Part shown: positions 1 through 12,483 of the stretch, one piece after another | How positions within the stretch are numbered: the first letter of the stretch is position 1 | How the letters are laid out: every line of letters begins with the position of its first letter | Notes under the pieces: generated by a model | Told to the model about the DNA's origin: nothing | What the model saw: the letters and a program-made list of their open reading frames with translations, nothing else | Database searches by the model: none | Assembly: GCF_963921235.1 (NCBI RefSeq) | Contig: NC_086097.1 | Span: 128,900,001-128,964,000, forward strand | Length of the DNA: 64,000 nucleotides | Reading direction: 5' to 3' | Source: Mobula hypostoma | Taxonomy: Eukaryota | Position numbers and translations under genes: made by a program

Positions 1-237
1 TGCATATTGAATCAACTTCTATCTTTGTAAGTTCTAAAGGTAGATCCACGGGGACGGGCTGCAATATCTAACCATGTTGAGGGAGTGAATTAAGGTCTGT
101 AGAAAGCCACTTATCCTGATTAAGCTTGGGTAAGCTTGTCATTTTGAATGTCTCTGTTAGTTCCACTCCCTCATCTTGTCAATTTCTCTGAGTGATTCCA
201 AGTTTGATTATCGATAACCTCCTGAGAATTTGTCTGC
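1..237 (-). other. Possible downstream (terminal or 3'UTR) exon
   Basis: Acceptor-like gttttgtttgctctgtttttctaaaatag|G. In phase 0 it gives ADKFSGGYR* (237-208). It could instead be an old CR1 remnant. Confidence 0.2.
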
Positions 238-299
238 CTATTTTAGAAAAACAGAGCAAACAAAACTGGAAAATCAGAGTGTTCTCCATTGACATCTGC

Positions 300-680
300 T
301 CCCGGGAAGTCCAACTGAAACAGATGGCTCAATGGATGTTTAGCATAAAACGACACAGGTTTTTCTCTATGTACAGGTAAAGTAACTGTTTCTTTGACAT
401 AACTTCCCATGGAGAGGATTCTATCCAGATGCATCACAGCTTGTTATGGCAATTGCTTTGCCCAAGACTGCAAGCAATTGCAGAATTGTAAGTGCAGCCA
501 AGTCCATCACACAAACCAGCCTCCTCCGCACCCTGCTACCTCGGCAATACAAAAGCAGCTAACGTTATCAAGGGCTCCTCTCACTCTGGCAAATTCTTTC
601 CTCTCCCCTGCATTTGGAAGAAGACATAAAAGGTTGAGAACACATACCATCAGGCTCAAGGACAGCTCCTATTATTGAAA
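300..680 (+). mobile_element. Rex1/Babar LINE 3' ORF fragment
   Basis: ERILSRCITACYGNC..QDCKQLQ ... GRRHKRLRTHTIRLKDS matches the Rex1 C-terminal motifs ESILxxCITxWYG and LPSGRRYRS. Confidence 0.8.
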
Positions 681-684
681 ACAC

Positions 685-1110
685 ATATTATGATCAGAGA
701 TTAAGGGAGCTAGGGCTTTACTCTCTGGAGAGAAGGAGAATGAGAGGAGACATGATAGAGGTATACAAGATATTTTTAAGAGGAATAGATAGAGTGGATA
801 GCCAGCGCCTCTTCGCCAGGGCACCACTGCTCAATACAAGAGGACATGGCTTTAAGGTAAAGGGTGGGAAGTTCAAGGGGGATATTAGAGGAAGGTTTTT
901 CTCTCAGAGAGTGGTTGGTGCATGGAATGCACTGCCTGAGTCAGTGGTGGAGGCAGACACACTAGTGAAATTTAAGAGACTACTAGACAGGTATATGGAA
1001 GAACTTAAGGTGGGGTGGGGTGTTATATGGGAGGCAGTGTTTAAGGGTCGGCACAATATTGTGGGCTGAAGGGCCTGTACTGTGCTGTACTATTCTATGT
1101 TCTATAATGA
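685..1110 (+). mobile_element. CR1 LINE 3' end inserted in Rex1
   Basis: MRGDMIEVYKI..GIDRVD..TRGH..FFSQRVV..WNALP is the typical CR1 ORF2 C-terminus. Tail gggctgaagggcctgtactgtgctgtactattctatgttctat. Confidence 0.9.
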
Positions 1111-1180
1111 TGAGCTTTTGATCTCTCAGTCTACCTCATCATAGCCCTTGCACTGCACTTCTTTGGTAACTGTAACACTA

Positions 1181-2181
1181 CAGTGGTATGCAAAAGTTTG
1201 GGCACCCCTGGTTAAAATTTCCGCTACTGTGAATAGTTAAGTGAGTAGAAGGTGAACTGATCTCCAAAAGGCATAAAGTTAAAGATGAAACATTCTTTTC
1301 AACATTTAAGAAAGATTATCGCAAACATGAGAAAATCTGCAGATGCTGGAAATTCAAGCAACACACATAAAATGCTGGTGGAACGCAGCAGGCCAGGCAG
1401 CATCTATAAGAGGTACAGTCGACGTTTCGGGCCAAGGCCCTCCGTCAGTATTATTTTTGTTTTGTACAATTTTACAGTGAAAAAAGGAAAGGAGCACCAT
1501 GGAAAAGTTTGGGCACTCCAAGAGATTTGAGCTCTCAGATAACTTTTACCAAGCTCTCAGACCTTAATTAGCTTGTTAGGGCTATGGCTTGTTCACAGTC
1601 ATCGTTAGGAAAGGCCAGGTGATGCAAATTTCAAAGCTTTATAAATACCCTGACTCCTCAAACCTTGTCCAAACAATCAGCAGTCGTGGGCTCCTCTGAG
1701 CAGCTGCCTAGCACTCTGAAAACTAAAAAAAAAAATGATGCCCACAAAGCAGGAGAAGGCTATAAGAAGATAGCAAAGCGTTTTCAGGTAGCCGTTTCCT
1801 CAGTTCGTAATGTAATTAAGAAATGGCAGTTAACAGGAACGGTGGAGGTCAAGTTGAGGTCTGGAAGACCAAGAAAACTTTCCAAGAGAACTGCTCGTAG
1901 GATTGCTAGAAAGACAAATCAAAACTCCCGTTTGACTGCAAAAGACCTTCAGGAAGATTTAACAGACTCTGGCCATGCAGGGTACCCAAACGATTGCTTC
2001 GGGTCCTTTTCCTTTTTTGTTATTTTGAAACTGTAAAGGATAGAAATAAAAAAGTAATCTTGCTTAAAATATTAAAGAAACGTCTTTAACTTTATGCCTT
2101 TTGGAAATCATCTTTTATTCGCTTAGCTATTTACAGTAACAGAAATTTTGACCGGTGTGCTCAAACTTTTGCATTCCACTG
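1181..2181 (+). mobile_element. Tc1/mariner IR-DR type transposon, internally deleted
   Basis: TA at 1179-1180 and 2182-2183. TIRs CAGTGGTATGCAAAAGTTTGGGCAC / GTGCTCAAACTTTTGCATTCCACTG, with long inverted repeats and inner direct repeats near 1497-1518 and 1975-1997. Transposase N-terminus GEGYKKIAKRFQVAVSSVRNVIKKW..RSGRPRKLS (about 1686-1972); no DDE domain. Confidence 0.92.
1323..1448 (-). mobile_element. Short Penelope-derived insert with hammerhead motif, inside the Tc1 left inverted repeat
   Basis: Absent from the right IR. Reverse strand reads CUGACGGA-GGGCC-UU-GGCCC-GAAACGUC-GACU, followed by the Penelope 3' tail. Confidence 0.85.
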
Positions 2182-2189
2182 TATATTCA

Positions 2190-2545
2190 AAATCCAAAGT
2201 AAATTTATTATCAAAGTACATATACATTACCATAAACTACCTTGAGATTCATTTTCTTGCAGGCATTTACAGGAAAATACAATAAAATTTTACAAAAAAA
2301 AACCACATAGATTGACAGTCAATGTGCAAAAAAAAGACAGACTGTGCAAATACTGAGAAGATACCTTGTATAGAAAGTCTACAGGTCATCGAATCAATTC
2401 TGAGTAATGATGTTGAAGTTATCCACACTGGCTCAGAGGTCTGATGGTTATAGGGTAATAACTGCTCCTGAACCTAGTGTGTGGGACCTACGGCTTCTCT
2501 ATCTCCTGCCCAATGGAAGTAGCAAGAACGGAGCATGACCTGGAT
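2190..2545 (-). mobile_element. Rex1/Babar 3' end
   Basis: Reverse strand PGHAPFLLLPLGRR. 3'UTR shared with 28620-28951 and 9585-9800. Confidence 0.7.
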
Positions 2546-3214
2546 ACTTTGGATATTTTGCATACTTTTTATTTGCCCTTGGGACTACCTCAATATACTT
2601 TTGTATGGAATGATCCATCTGGATAGCATTTATGTATATTGGTACACGTGACAATAATAAACTATCAATTACACACCAACTGAAGGGAAAAGGGATGCAA
2701 GTGACACCCCTCCCAGTACACAAGTATAGAATGCCTTCAGGAAGATAACCCATCATCCCCAAAGACAGACATGGATAAATAATGCTAGCTTTGCCGGTGA
2801 TGCTCCTATATCTTGGAGCTGAATAATAAAATATCTCATTATTCTTTTATTGCAATTTATGTATTTATAAGATTTTTCTATTTATTTATTTTTGTAGTTT
2901 ATAGATCTTCATATTTTTACACCATACTGTTGTTGCAAAATAACAAATTCCACATCACATCTCAGCGATAACCCTGGGCAACACAAACTTTGCTTCCTGA
3001 ACACTTTTGGGTGTACCTTATGGATCTTGGGCTGCTGATCATGAAAATCACCATGAAATTTCCCTATCACACACCAGTTTTTATTATAATAAATCTGATT
3101 CTGGTAAAAAAAAAGTGTTTCTGGTTCCAAGGAAATCATGATTTTGCTTTGTCTCTGAATTCTCCAGAAGTTTTAATCAACACACTTACAATCAAGTCAA
3201 GTCTTGCAAAGAAA

Positions 3215-3672
3215 TGGAGACGCAAGAGATTGCCGATGCTGGAATTGACAGCGAGAAAGAAACTGCTGGAAGAACTCAGTGAGTCAAGCCTTATCTGAGT
3301 AGGAAAATGGAAAAACTAGTCCGAGCAAGTTAAAGACTCTTGACCTGAGCCATTCACTGTCCATTTGCCTTATCCACAGATTCTGCCTAACTCACTAAGC
3401 TCTTCCAGAAGTTTGTTGCTTGCAAGGGAAATGTTGGTCAGATTTAGGGCTTTTGAAATCATGCTTAAGTTTGGAATCGGTGACACCTATTCGTGGAAAG
3501 GTATTCCAATAATTTTAACCTGAGTTTGACAGCTTTATCTTAGTCAGCAATGGTAAGGGCCAGCATAAATGGCCGGAGACACAAGAGACTGCTGGAATTG
3601 GGAGCAACAAACAACCTGCTGGTAGAACTCAGCTGGTTGAGCAGCATCTGTGGGAGAAAAGGAATTGTTAGC
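3215..3672. mobile_element. Degenerate Penelope 3'-tail copies (inverted pair 3215-3425, single copy 3575-3672)
   Basis: Similar to gatgctggaa...ctgctggaggaactcagc in both orientations. Confidence 0.6.
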
Positions 3673-4180
3673 GGTAGGGAAAAGATCAACTATTGATCTG
3701 AGTGGATGGCGGCCAGCCTTTAACTTACAAGAAGTCCCCAAGTTATGACAGGGCTCCACACCCGTAACCTGCTTGTAAGCTAGAAACAGCTTCTGACAGG
3801 TGCAAGGAGTCAGCTGCCAGACGCTCTCACTGGCTCAGTGAGTGTGTCTATCTGTTCAGAGCTTCCAGCTCTGTTTGTCTCAACCCAGCCCGATTATTGC
3901 ACTTGGCTGTGGGGTGGGGTACCTCATTCCCACCTGGCACAACTGCAGTAGCTGACAAATTCATCCCCATTCATCCCAATGGTCCCCCAAATGCTCATCC
4001 CTGTGTACAGGGGGCCCATACCCAACATCAAGTTCAGGATTGAGGGAACAAAAAGCCTTCTCCATTGTGCCTATTAAGCAGGACGAAGTAACTGTTTTCT
4101 TGATTTGGTCCAGTATTAAAGCCTTATAATTATATTGCACAACACTGTTAGGAGCAGACTACGATCAGGTTTATCTTCCA

Positions 4181-4350
4181 AGAAACATGGAAACATAGAA
4201 AACCTACAGCACAATACAGGCCCTTCGGCCCACAGAGTTGTGCCGAACATGTCCCTACCTTAGTAATTACTAGGCTTGCCTATAGCCCTCTATTTTACTA
4301 AGCTCCATGTACCAATCTAAAAGTCTCTTAAAAGACACTACCGTATCTGC
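4181..4350 (-). mobile_element. CR1 3' tail
   Basis: aaacatagaaaacctacagcacaatacaggcccttcggcccac, near-identical to 11646-11800. Confidence 0.85.
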
Positions 4351-5199
4351 GATAGTGTCTTTTAAGAAGGTCAGCAGCACAGCAGTTCCAGAAGACTGTG
4401 TAACATACTGTGAAACTTATATAAAAGACAGAATAACATGCAGCTGCCCTGTAATTTGCCAGGACTGTTGCTGCATCAGGTGCACTCTGACTTATTAACG
4501 CTATAATTCTTGGAGTTTCAGATCTCCTCAACATGTCTGCTAACTTTAAGGTTACCTTACCCTCTGCAGTTTGTTAGAATTTTTAAAGCAGGCAGATGCA
4601 GCCAATTTTCATAGAAACCCAATGCTTCCTACACCCCACCTATCTCCTGGGAAATGCACAAGTCTTTCCTCTTAGTTTGATGATATCAGTGAGGAAGTTA
4701 CTCAGTCACTTGGGTGGAAGTACAGTGGAAAGTAAATGGCCTGAACCATGCAATTGCAATGACAGCCTTTGCTATCATTACTAGGCAGAATCAGCAGTGA
4801 CTGCCACTTTTCAGAACCTGCATGGTCCAATGCAGTGCCATTGCCAGTAATCTGATACAGTTCTGCAGGCTTTGAAGTTGAAATCAATGGGAATACCACC
4901 AATGATTTTGCACCAGTTCTAAGAATGCACTAAAAAATATCTCGGAAAGAGATTTTAATACAATAGACGGCTGATGTGTTTACAAATGCTTCAACATTTT
5001 TTGAAAGTTTTAAAATATTTTAAGTAAGCTTCAATATAGCTCACTTTTCTATGCCATTCACACCAAGTCTACTAGTCTTCTGGACAATTGAGTGTGTGGG
5101 GCTGAACTGTGTGATGTCACGTTTAAAATCATGGAAACAAGCCTTCTGGCTGACCATCAAATGCCTATATACACTGATCCGGTTTAATTATTTATTCAT

Positions 5200-5640
5200 T
5201 GAGACACAGTGTGCAATAGGCCCTTCTAGCTGTGTCACCCAGCAATCTCCATTTCAGCTCTAGTCATAGGACAATTGATAATGACCAATTACCCGACTAA
5301 CCCGTACATCTTTGGACTGTGGGAGGAAACTGGAACACTTGTGGCCACAGGGAGAGCGTGCAAACTCCTTACAGGCAGCAGTGGCTATTGAACCACTAAG
5401 CCACCCTGCTAACCACATGCCACTGTGCTGCCCTTAAACTGCCCACATTCCCAGCAATTCCCTCCCAGGCTCTACCACCCTCCTAAACACCAGGGGCAAA
5501 CTAGAGAGGACAATTGGTCCAAGATGCTGCATGCCTCTGGCATACAGAATACCCAGGCACCAGGAGGAAGCGTACACAGGTCAGGATCAAACCTGGGTCC
5601 CTCGAGCTGTGAGGTAGGAGCTCTACTAAATACACCATCA
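5200..5640 (-). mobile_element. Two degraded V-SINE-type (tRNA-derived) SINEs
   Basis: Reverse complement of the V-domain: tctttggactgtgggaggaaactgga...ggagagcgtgcaaactcc. Confidence 0.6.
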
Positions 5641-5679
5641 TCTGTTTAGTCTACAGTCTGATGGCTTGGACACTGAGTT

Positions 5680-6212
5680 CCCCAATTTCAGGTTAACTGC
5701 TTCCCCATTCCTTTTCACTCTTCTTCTGATCTACTCACTCTCTCCTAAATCCACACAGCCCCCCTCCCCATCACCTTGTTTCCTCTTTTCCATCCACTCC
5801 ATCTTCCTTTCACACACATACTCCTCCCCTCACTTTTCCCATCCCTCCATCCTACCTCCCTCCTTTGATTCCGTGCTCCACCTTCCTCTCTAATCATATT
5901 CATCATCTTCAGCTCATTGTTGCCTCATCTATCACCTCCCAGCCTCTGTCATTATTTCCACTCTCCCGTTCCCCCCCTGCCTACCACCCCTCCTCAACTG
6001 GACCCACCTATCACCTACCAGCTCTTGCTCTATCCCCTTCCCCTCACCCCTTTATACTGCCTACCTCCCCTCTATATTTCTGTCCAAACGAAGGGTCTCA
6101 ACCTGAAAATCCGACTGTCTATTTCACTTCACAGACACTGCCTGACCTGCAAAGTCCCTCCAGTAACTTGTTTGTTGCACCAGATTCCAGCATTTGAAGT
6201 TTCTCATGTCTC
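5680..6212 (+). mobile_element. Penelope-like element 3' region with decayed hammerhead (6081-6116)
   Basis: Pyrimidine-rich tract, then gtcCAAACGAAgggtctcaacctGAAAatccgact, then the tail ccagattccagcatttgaagtttctc. Confidence 0.7.
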
Positions 6213-6499
6213 TAACTACATCACTGTACTACATTTGGAGAGGGTGTGGTAAAAGTCTTCCAGTGTTTTGTCCAATGGTTCAAGTTGTGAAGATCACTGA
6301 AGGTTAAAATGTGTGACCTTTATTGACGTGAATCAAGGACACTGCTGACTCATCACAAAACACAAAACCTAGGCTTATGTGTTGGATCAGTCTGAATTAA
6401 CAATACCCGTGGATCTTCCATGTTAAGGTGCTTTTTGGTCTACAGTGGGTTGCTAACCCCAATTCACTTTTCTTTGGCAAATCTCATCATGTTGTCGAT

Positions 6500-6760
6500 C
6501 AGCTGCAGCTTAGTGGTTAGTGCTTCTGCCTCTGAATCAGAGGTTTGTGAGTCCCAAGTTTCACACAGGAGACTCAGACATCAAAGCCTACCATACAACA
6601 CGGGATGAGAGAGAGCTGAACTATCAGCATCTAGATAAGAAGCTGAATTGAGACTCCATTTATGTTCTCAAGTGGACACAAAAAAAAATCCATGGCACTA
6701 TTTCAAGGTCCCTTTTTGCTCTGGTTAATATTTAACTCTCAATCGAATTTATTAAAAGTT
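6500..6760 (+). mobile_element. DeuSINE (SacSINE1/AmnSINE-like) remnant
   Basis: tRNA-like head gcttagtggttagtgcttctgcctctgaatcagaggtttgtgagt. Deu-domain-like ctcaagtggacac...atccatggcactatttcaag...ctggttaatatttaactctcaa. Confidence 0.65.
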
Positions 6761-7825
6761 ACAGATGACACAAAGCCTTAAGTGTTGTGAAGGGTGGGGG
6801 AGAGAGGAATGGACTTCAAGAGAAGATAAGCCGAGAGTGGAACTATTAAGTCCCAAACACAGAAAAGTAAGGCAGGAAAAATGAGGAAAGACGATGTTTT
6901 TAAGGAGATGGAAATTGAGACATGCTTGTGCACAAATATTGCAGAATAACAGTGTTCAATGTTGTGTGCAGGCAATACTTGTCATTTCCTCCAACAAAGC
7001 ATGTCTTGTTTGTAGCTCTATCTCTAAAAGGAGATAATAAACCCCTTGGGATTCAGAGTGACATAAATCAAAGCACACCATGCAAAATCCAGGAAATTAT
7101 ACTAAACCAGAATGCCCTATTCTATGATTACAACTCATGGGAGCTTGCTACGTATATTTTCTACATTACATTAAGGACCACCCTCCATTAGTTATAGGGA
7201 CAGGCTGCGGCGAGGGAAAACACCACTAAGTTGTTTTGCCTCCTTAAGCAGCCTTGGGTGGGGAGGCTGTTCAAACTCAGCCAGAACCTAAACTACTCCC
7301 TTTTAGTTTCTTCTGTCCCACAAAGCTACAGCATTAGGAGCCCTGATTCCCTCTTCTGGACTGGCCAACTATAAAGAAATATTTGAATATATGATAGTCT
7401 GTGTTAGCAGATTATTTGCTATTTACTGCCGATAATAAGCATTGTACTGTAATAGGCTGTGTGGAGTGCTATTATATGGCATTTCAATGAGGTGAAAGAA
7501 GTGCCACAAAACTTGTAACAATTTACAGTGGAGAATCATTTAAACACCCTACTCCAGTGAAGAGAGTTGAGATAAATTGGTGAGGAACTACAACAAAAAC
7601 ATTATTTTTAAGTCTAAAAGACAGGGTTATTTGTGTCACTTAACAACCAGGCCATTTTCCCACAAATCGTGCTTTCAACAAGATACTGAGTGTAAGAGGA
7701 GAGAAAATAAGGGTTAAAATTGTATGTGGAAACACAGGCAATTTGTTTGAAGCGCAACCACTTACACTTCAGTTTCAAACAGCTTTCGAATAAGATTATA
7801 AAATCTGTATACTTTGGTTAAATAC

Positions 7826-8032
7826 CTCAACAATGGCACCACTACGCAGCCGAAGGAAATGCCTATACAGCTCTTGTAGGCCGCTGAGGTGTACGGTGTA
7901 GATGAACACATGAGTGGTGGTGTTTTCCTGGCTAGGCTCCGATCCAGGGGCTTGATTGTGCTTCTGGAGTCCACAGGCATGGGACAGGCGTTCGGTGAGC
8001 TCATCATTGCAGACGTAATCATACACTGCCAC
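7826..8032 (-). CDS. ofcc1: Coding exon (phase 0) near the C-terminus; 207 bp to GAG|gtattt, or reads through to TAA at 7798-7796
   Basis: Acceptor tcttctttatctcactag|GTG. Encodes VAVYDYVCNDELTERLSHACGLQKHNQAPGSEPSQENTTTHVFIYTVHLSGLQELYRHFLRLRSGAIVE(VFNQSIQIL*), with GC-rich third codon positions. Continues GEKRK|VAVYDY in frame. Confidence 0.8.
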
Positions 8033-8819
8033 CTAGTGAGATAAAGAAGACCCCCCCCCAATCACCCACAACCCCCACCCCCACCCATATGTGCTTGATT
8101 AGTCACTGTTCATAGGCACATCTAAGCTCATTGAAAATTCTAGTAAAGTTGCAGCATGAATTTGAATCAGATTATTATCATTTAATATTTTACATTAGGC
8201 AAGACAGCTTAAAGCACTTGGCATGCATTCCATGTAGTTATGTAAAATAAGGAAGTGGAGAGATGCTAAGTTCAACGGGTTTTCAACTGCATGTTGCAAG
8301 ACAGTGATTCCCAGACTCAGTGGAAATGCAGCACTTGACAGTTTTTAAGCAAGAGCATAATTAATGAACCCTCGCCCCAATTAAGAGATGTGGTCAAAGA
8401 CCTTCCGAGAAAGTGGCGTTCTCATGGCCAAGGCACATCATTGCAGTTAGTGGCAAACCACAAAATATTTTCTAAATGAATGTTGACAAGCCATTGAAAA
8501 ATCATCCTTCCACTGTAAAAATAAATATTAAAAAAATCTGACAGTGAAGGCAAGTAATAACAGGTCAGTATTTTGCAAGCTTGTTTGATGTAGTCCTGGC
8601 TCCCAAATTTCCAAGTGAGGTTTCTTGGAATGCACTGCAGTTCTATAAACATGTTCAGTGATATGCTCTGAAAGGTACTACTTGTCTGCTCCCCACCCTC
8701 CCAATTTCAAATTCGATGCATTTGCAGGAGTTTGTTAGCCCTTCACAGGGGTCTGTTGAAGTGCCTGATGTTGCATTTTCTGTACAAGTGCAAGAAGTGT
8801 CCAAGTCCTTCCTTCCTAA

Positions 8820-9275
8820 TGGAACGAGTGCAGGGAGAACTTACGGGAATGCTGCCAGGACACAAGGGCCTGAATTATGGGAAGAGGTTAAGCAAGGCAG
8901 GACTTTATTCCTTGGAGTGCAGGAAACTGTCGGGTGACCTTATAGACGTGTGTAAAATCATTGGGGGGGGGGATAGTTAAGGTGAATCCATATAGTCTTT
9001 TTCCCTGGAAAAGGGAATCAAAATCTAGAGGGCATAGGGGAAAGATTTAAAAGGGGCCTGAGGGGCAACTTCTTCACACAGTGGGTGTTGTGTATTTGGA
9101 AGTGGTTGAGGCAGGTACAATACAACACCTAACAGGTAGCTGGAGAGGTTCACTGATAGGAAAAATTCAGAGGGATTATGACTTACACAGGGGGAAAATA
9201 GAATCAGTTTAGATGGATGCCTTGGCCAGCATGGAGGAGTTGGGCCGAAAGGTCTGTTTCCATTTTGTGTCACTC
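8820..9275 (+). mobile_element. CR1 3' end
   Basis: ERVQ..TGMLPG..GLYSLECRKLSGDLIDVCKI; tail gggccgaaaggtctgtttcc. Confidence 0.85.
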
Positions 9276-9584
9276 CAAGTCTCCACTAATGTGAACACTG
9301 CGAATGAGCAGTGAAGGAACGAAAAGTGGGATAAATTCATTTAACTTCACCAATGACAGAAGCGCTTAAATAAATAAAATGCTGAAAAAATAGGCTAAAC
9401 TTTGATTTGAATCCTTGTCTTTGTAAAGACTGCTGTCTCAGAATAAGACTGTTCCCTGGACGCATAAATTTCAGATTGAATTTCTTGCTCGTGTTTTAAA
9501 ATTGTGTTTGCTACCTTCCCTGGATAGCTAGACCACGTGGTTGAGCAGAATAAGAAAAGGCCACAGTAACTCTGTGCCAGATTT

Positions 9585-9800
9585 CAAAGTTCAAAGTTAA
9601 TTTATTATCGAAGTACAAATGTCACCATATATAACCTTGAGGTTTGTTTTCTTGCGGATGCGCATAGTCAATAAATTCAATAACCATAATAGCATCAATG
9701 AAAGACCGCACCCAACCAAGGTGAAAAAGACAACAAACTGTGCCAATAAAAACCCAAACAATAAATATTGAGAACATGAAATGAAGAGTCCTTGAAAGTG
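9585..9800 (-). mobile_element. Rex1-type 3'UTR
   Basis: ttcaaagttcaaagttaatttattatcgaagtaca..., reverse of the tail at 28860-28951. Confidence 0.6.
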
Positions 9801-10139
9801 GTTAAAGTTTCGCTGGCTAATTCTAAATGGAGCAGAGAGTATTTACCCATTTAATCCATAGAACCATTGAGCATGAAACAGGCCATTTAGCACACTATCT
9901 TTCTGCTGACCAAAGGACAACAACCATAATAATCCCATCCACCAGCACTTGGGTCTGTAGTCTTCTGTACCAAGGTGAGTCAAGTTAGAGATGTTCTGGC
10001 AATATTACCTTGTTGGTGCACTGCCAGTGGATGGTGGTGTGCATTGGGCCAACAAGATTTGCCCTCAGTATTAACACCACAGGCAGGTAAGGAGGAGGGA
10101 GCAGACAGAAAATAATGGTCTGCATGATCATTGACATAT

Positions 10140-10840
10140 CCCAGTGCAAAGTGTGGAGGGAGTTAATAGTGGAACAAGACATGGGAACCTTTGAACAGAT
10201 GCTCAAAGCAACTATTCAGGTTATATTGACCCTCACTGCAAGAAGATTTGAGTACACGAGCAAAGATGTCTTGATGCAGCTATATAGTACCATGGGAGAT
10301 CACATCTGGAATAAAAACTCCCAGAAGGCTGCAAGTTCTGCAGCTTTTATTTCCAAACACGTCTTGAGTTTTGTATGCAGTTTTGATCTTATTGGACAAA
10401 AGATGTTTTCTCGGAGCTGGCATGTGTTTACTCGATAGATTCTTCGTGTGTCAGGACTGAAGAGAAATTGGATTGGTTGGACTGATATTCACGAGAGTAG
10501 AGAATAACAGCAGGTAGAGTCAGAGAGACCTACAGTATAAAGTGTTAACAGTATGAATAGAGCAGATGCAGGGAGAACATTGCCAATGGCTGGAGAGTTC
10601 AGGGACCACATCGTCAAGATCAGGTAAAATTTCTTCACGCAGGCTGAGGAATCTATGGAATTCTCCACCAAAGAAGACAAGTTCATTCAAGATGAAGGTG
10701 GTTGTACTGTATTTGTTAATGCCACAAGTTCTAAAGGATATGGGTAGAAGGTGGGAACAGGATACTGAAGCAGACGATCAGCCATGATGCTGTTGAATGG
10801 GGTAGCAGGCTCAAAGGGCCGAATGGCCCACTTCTGCGCC
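10140..10840 (+). mobile_element. Degraded CR1
   Basis: ARRFEYTSKDVLMQLY; tail aatggggtagcaggctcaaagggccgaatggcc. Confidence 0.7.
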
Positions 10841-11029
10841 CTTTTCTTATTTTCTCTGCTTTTATTGCTTTGCAATTTCCGCACCCAGATCCTAACATGC
10901 AAGATTGTACTCAATATCCAAAAAGGTTATTTGTTTTTAAGCAAAGCCCGGGAAATGTATATATCTTTTTGATTATGGCTGAAACTCCACTTAGTTAATG
11001 GGTAATTGATAAGTTATTGTTGCATCTAC

Positions 11030-11575
11030 CAAGATCCAGTCAAAAGCTTTAGTCTTTCCAAACATAATGACATTAAGGCAGTAAAAACAAAAAACAATAA
11101 CAGAATACAGAATATACAGTTACAATTACAGAAAAAGTACAGCGTAGTTAGGCAAATAAGGTGAAAGAACCATGACAAGGTAGACTGAGAGATTAGAAGC
11201 TTATCTTTATCATATAAGATGTCTCTTCAAGAGTTTTTTAACAGCTGGATAGAAGCTGTCCTTGAGCCTAGTGGTATGCGCTTTCAGACCTTGTGCCTAA
11301 TTGGGGGGGAGGGGGGATGAAGAACAGAGAATGATTGGGAGGGGTCTTTGATTATGTTAGCTCTTTTCCTGAAGTGGGGCAAGTGTCGACAACGTCAACA
11401 GATGGAAGGCTGTTTTCCATGATAGACTGGACAATATCCACAACTCTAACTTCCTTGAGATATAGGACAGAGTAGTTGCCACACCAAGCTGTGATCCATC
11501 TGGATAGGATGCTTTCTACGATGTATCTGTAAAAACTGGTGACAGTCACAGGAGACATACCAAAATTTTCCTTGT
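11030..11575 (-). mobile_element. Rex1/Babar 3' fragment
   Basis: SFYRYIVESILSRWITAWCGN on the minus strand. Confidence 0.8.
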
Positions 11576-11645
11576 CACAGCATTACAAGTCCTACTTGTG
11601 TGCAGTGTATTGTGATCCTTAGATCAAGTGACCACTTCTCGGCTC

Positions 11646-12483
11646 CATAGAAACATAGAAAGCCTACAGCACAATACAGACCCTTCGGCCCACAAAGCTG
11701 TGCCGAACATGTCCTTACTATACAAATTACTGAAGGATACCCACAGCCCTCTATTTTGCTAAGCTCCATGTACCTATCCAGGAGTCCCTTAAAAGACCCT
11801 ATCATATCTGCCTCCACCACCATTGCCGGCAGCCCATTCCACTTACCACTTACCACTCTCTGTGTAAAAAAGCTTACTCCTGACCTCTCTTCTGTACCTA
11901 CTTCCAAGCACCTTAAAACTGTGCCCTCTTGTGTTAGCCATTTCAACCTTGGCAAAAGCCTCTGACTATCCACACGATCAATGCCTCTCATCATCTTATA
12001 CACCTCTATCAGGACACCTCCCATCTTCCGTCACTCCAAAGAGAGAAGGCCGAGTTCACTCAACCTATTCTCACAAGGCATTCTCCCCAATCCAGGCAAC
12101 ATCCTTGTAAATCTCCTCTGCACCCTCTCTATGATTTCCACATCCTTGCTGCAGTGAGATGACCAGAACTGAGCACAGTACTCCAAGTGGGGTCTGACCA
12201 GGGTCCTACATAGCTGCAACATTACCTCTCGGCTCTGAAACTCAATCCCACGATTGATGAAGCCCTATGAACCGTATGCCTTCTTAACCACAGAGTCAAC
12301 CTGCGTAGCAGCTTCGAGTATCCTATGGACTCGGACCCCAAGATCCCTCTGATCCTTCATGCTGCCAAGAGTATTTGACCTACCAAAATAAACCACCTCA
12401 CACTTTTCTGGATTGAACTCCATCTGCCACTCCTCAGCCCAGTTTTGCATCCCATCAATGTCCCGCTGTAACCTCTGACAGCC
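11646..12483 (-). mobile_element. CR1 LINE, 5'-truncated (about 840 bp)
   Basis: WAEEWQMEFNPEKCEV, LCRTLVRPHLEYCAQFWS, IEVYKMMRGIDRVD; frameshifted. Confidence 0.92.

Noticed and set aside
6500..6570. tRNA gene
   Set aside because: Degenerate tRNA-like head attached to a SINE body; no complete cloverleaf.
7762..8061. 99 aa alternative frame (WQCMITSAMM...) spanning the exon
   Set aside because: The upstream exon ends in phase 0 and selects the VAVYDY frame, which also has better codon bias.
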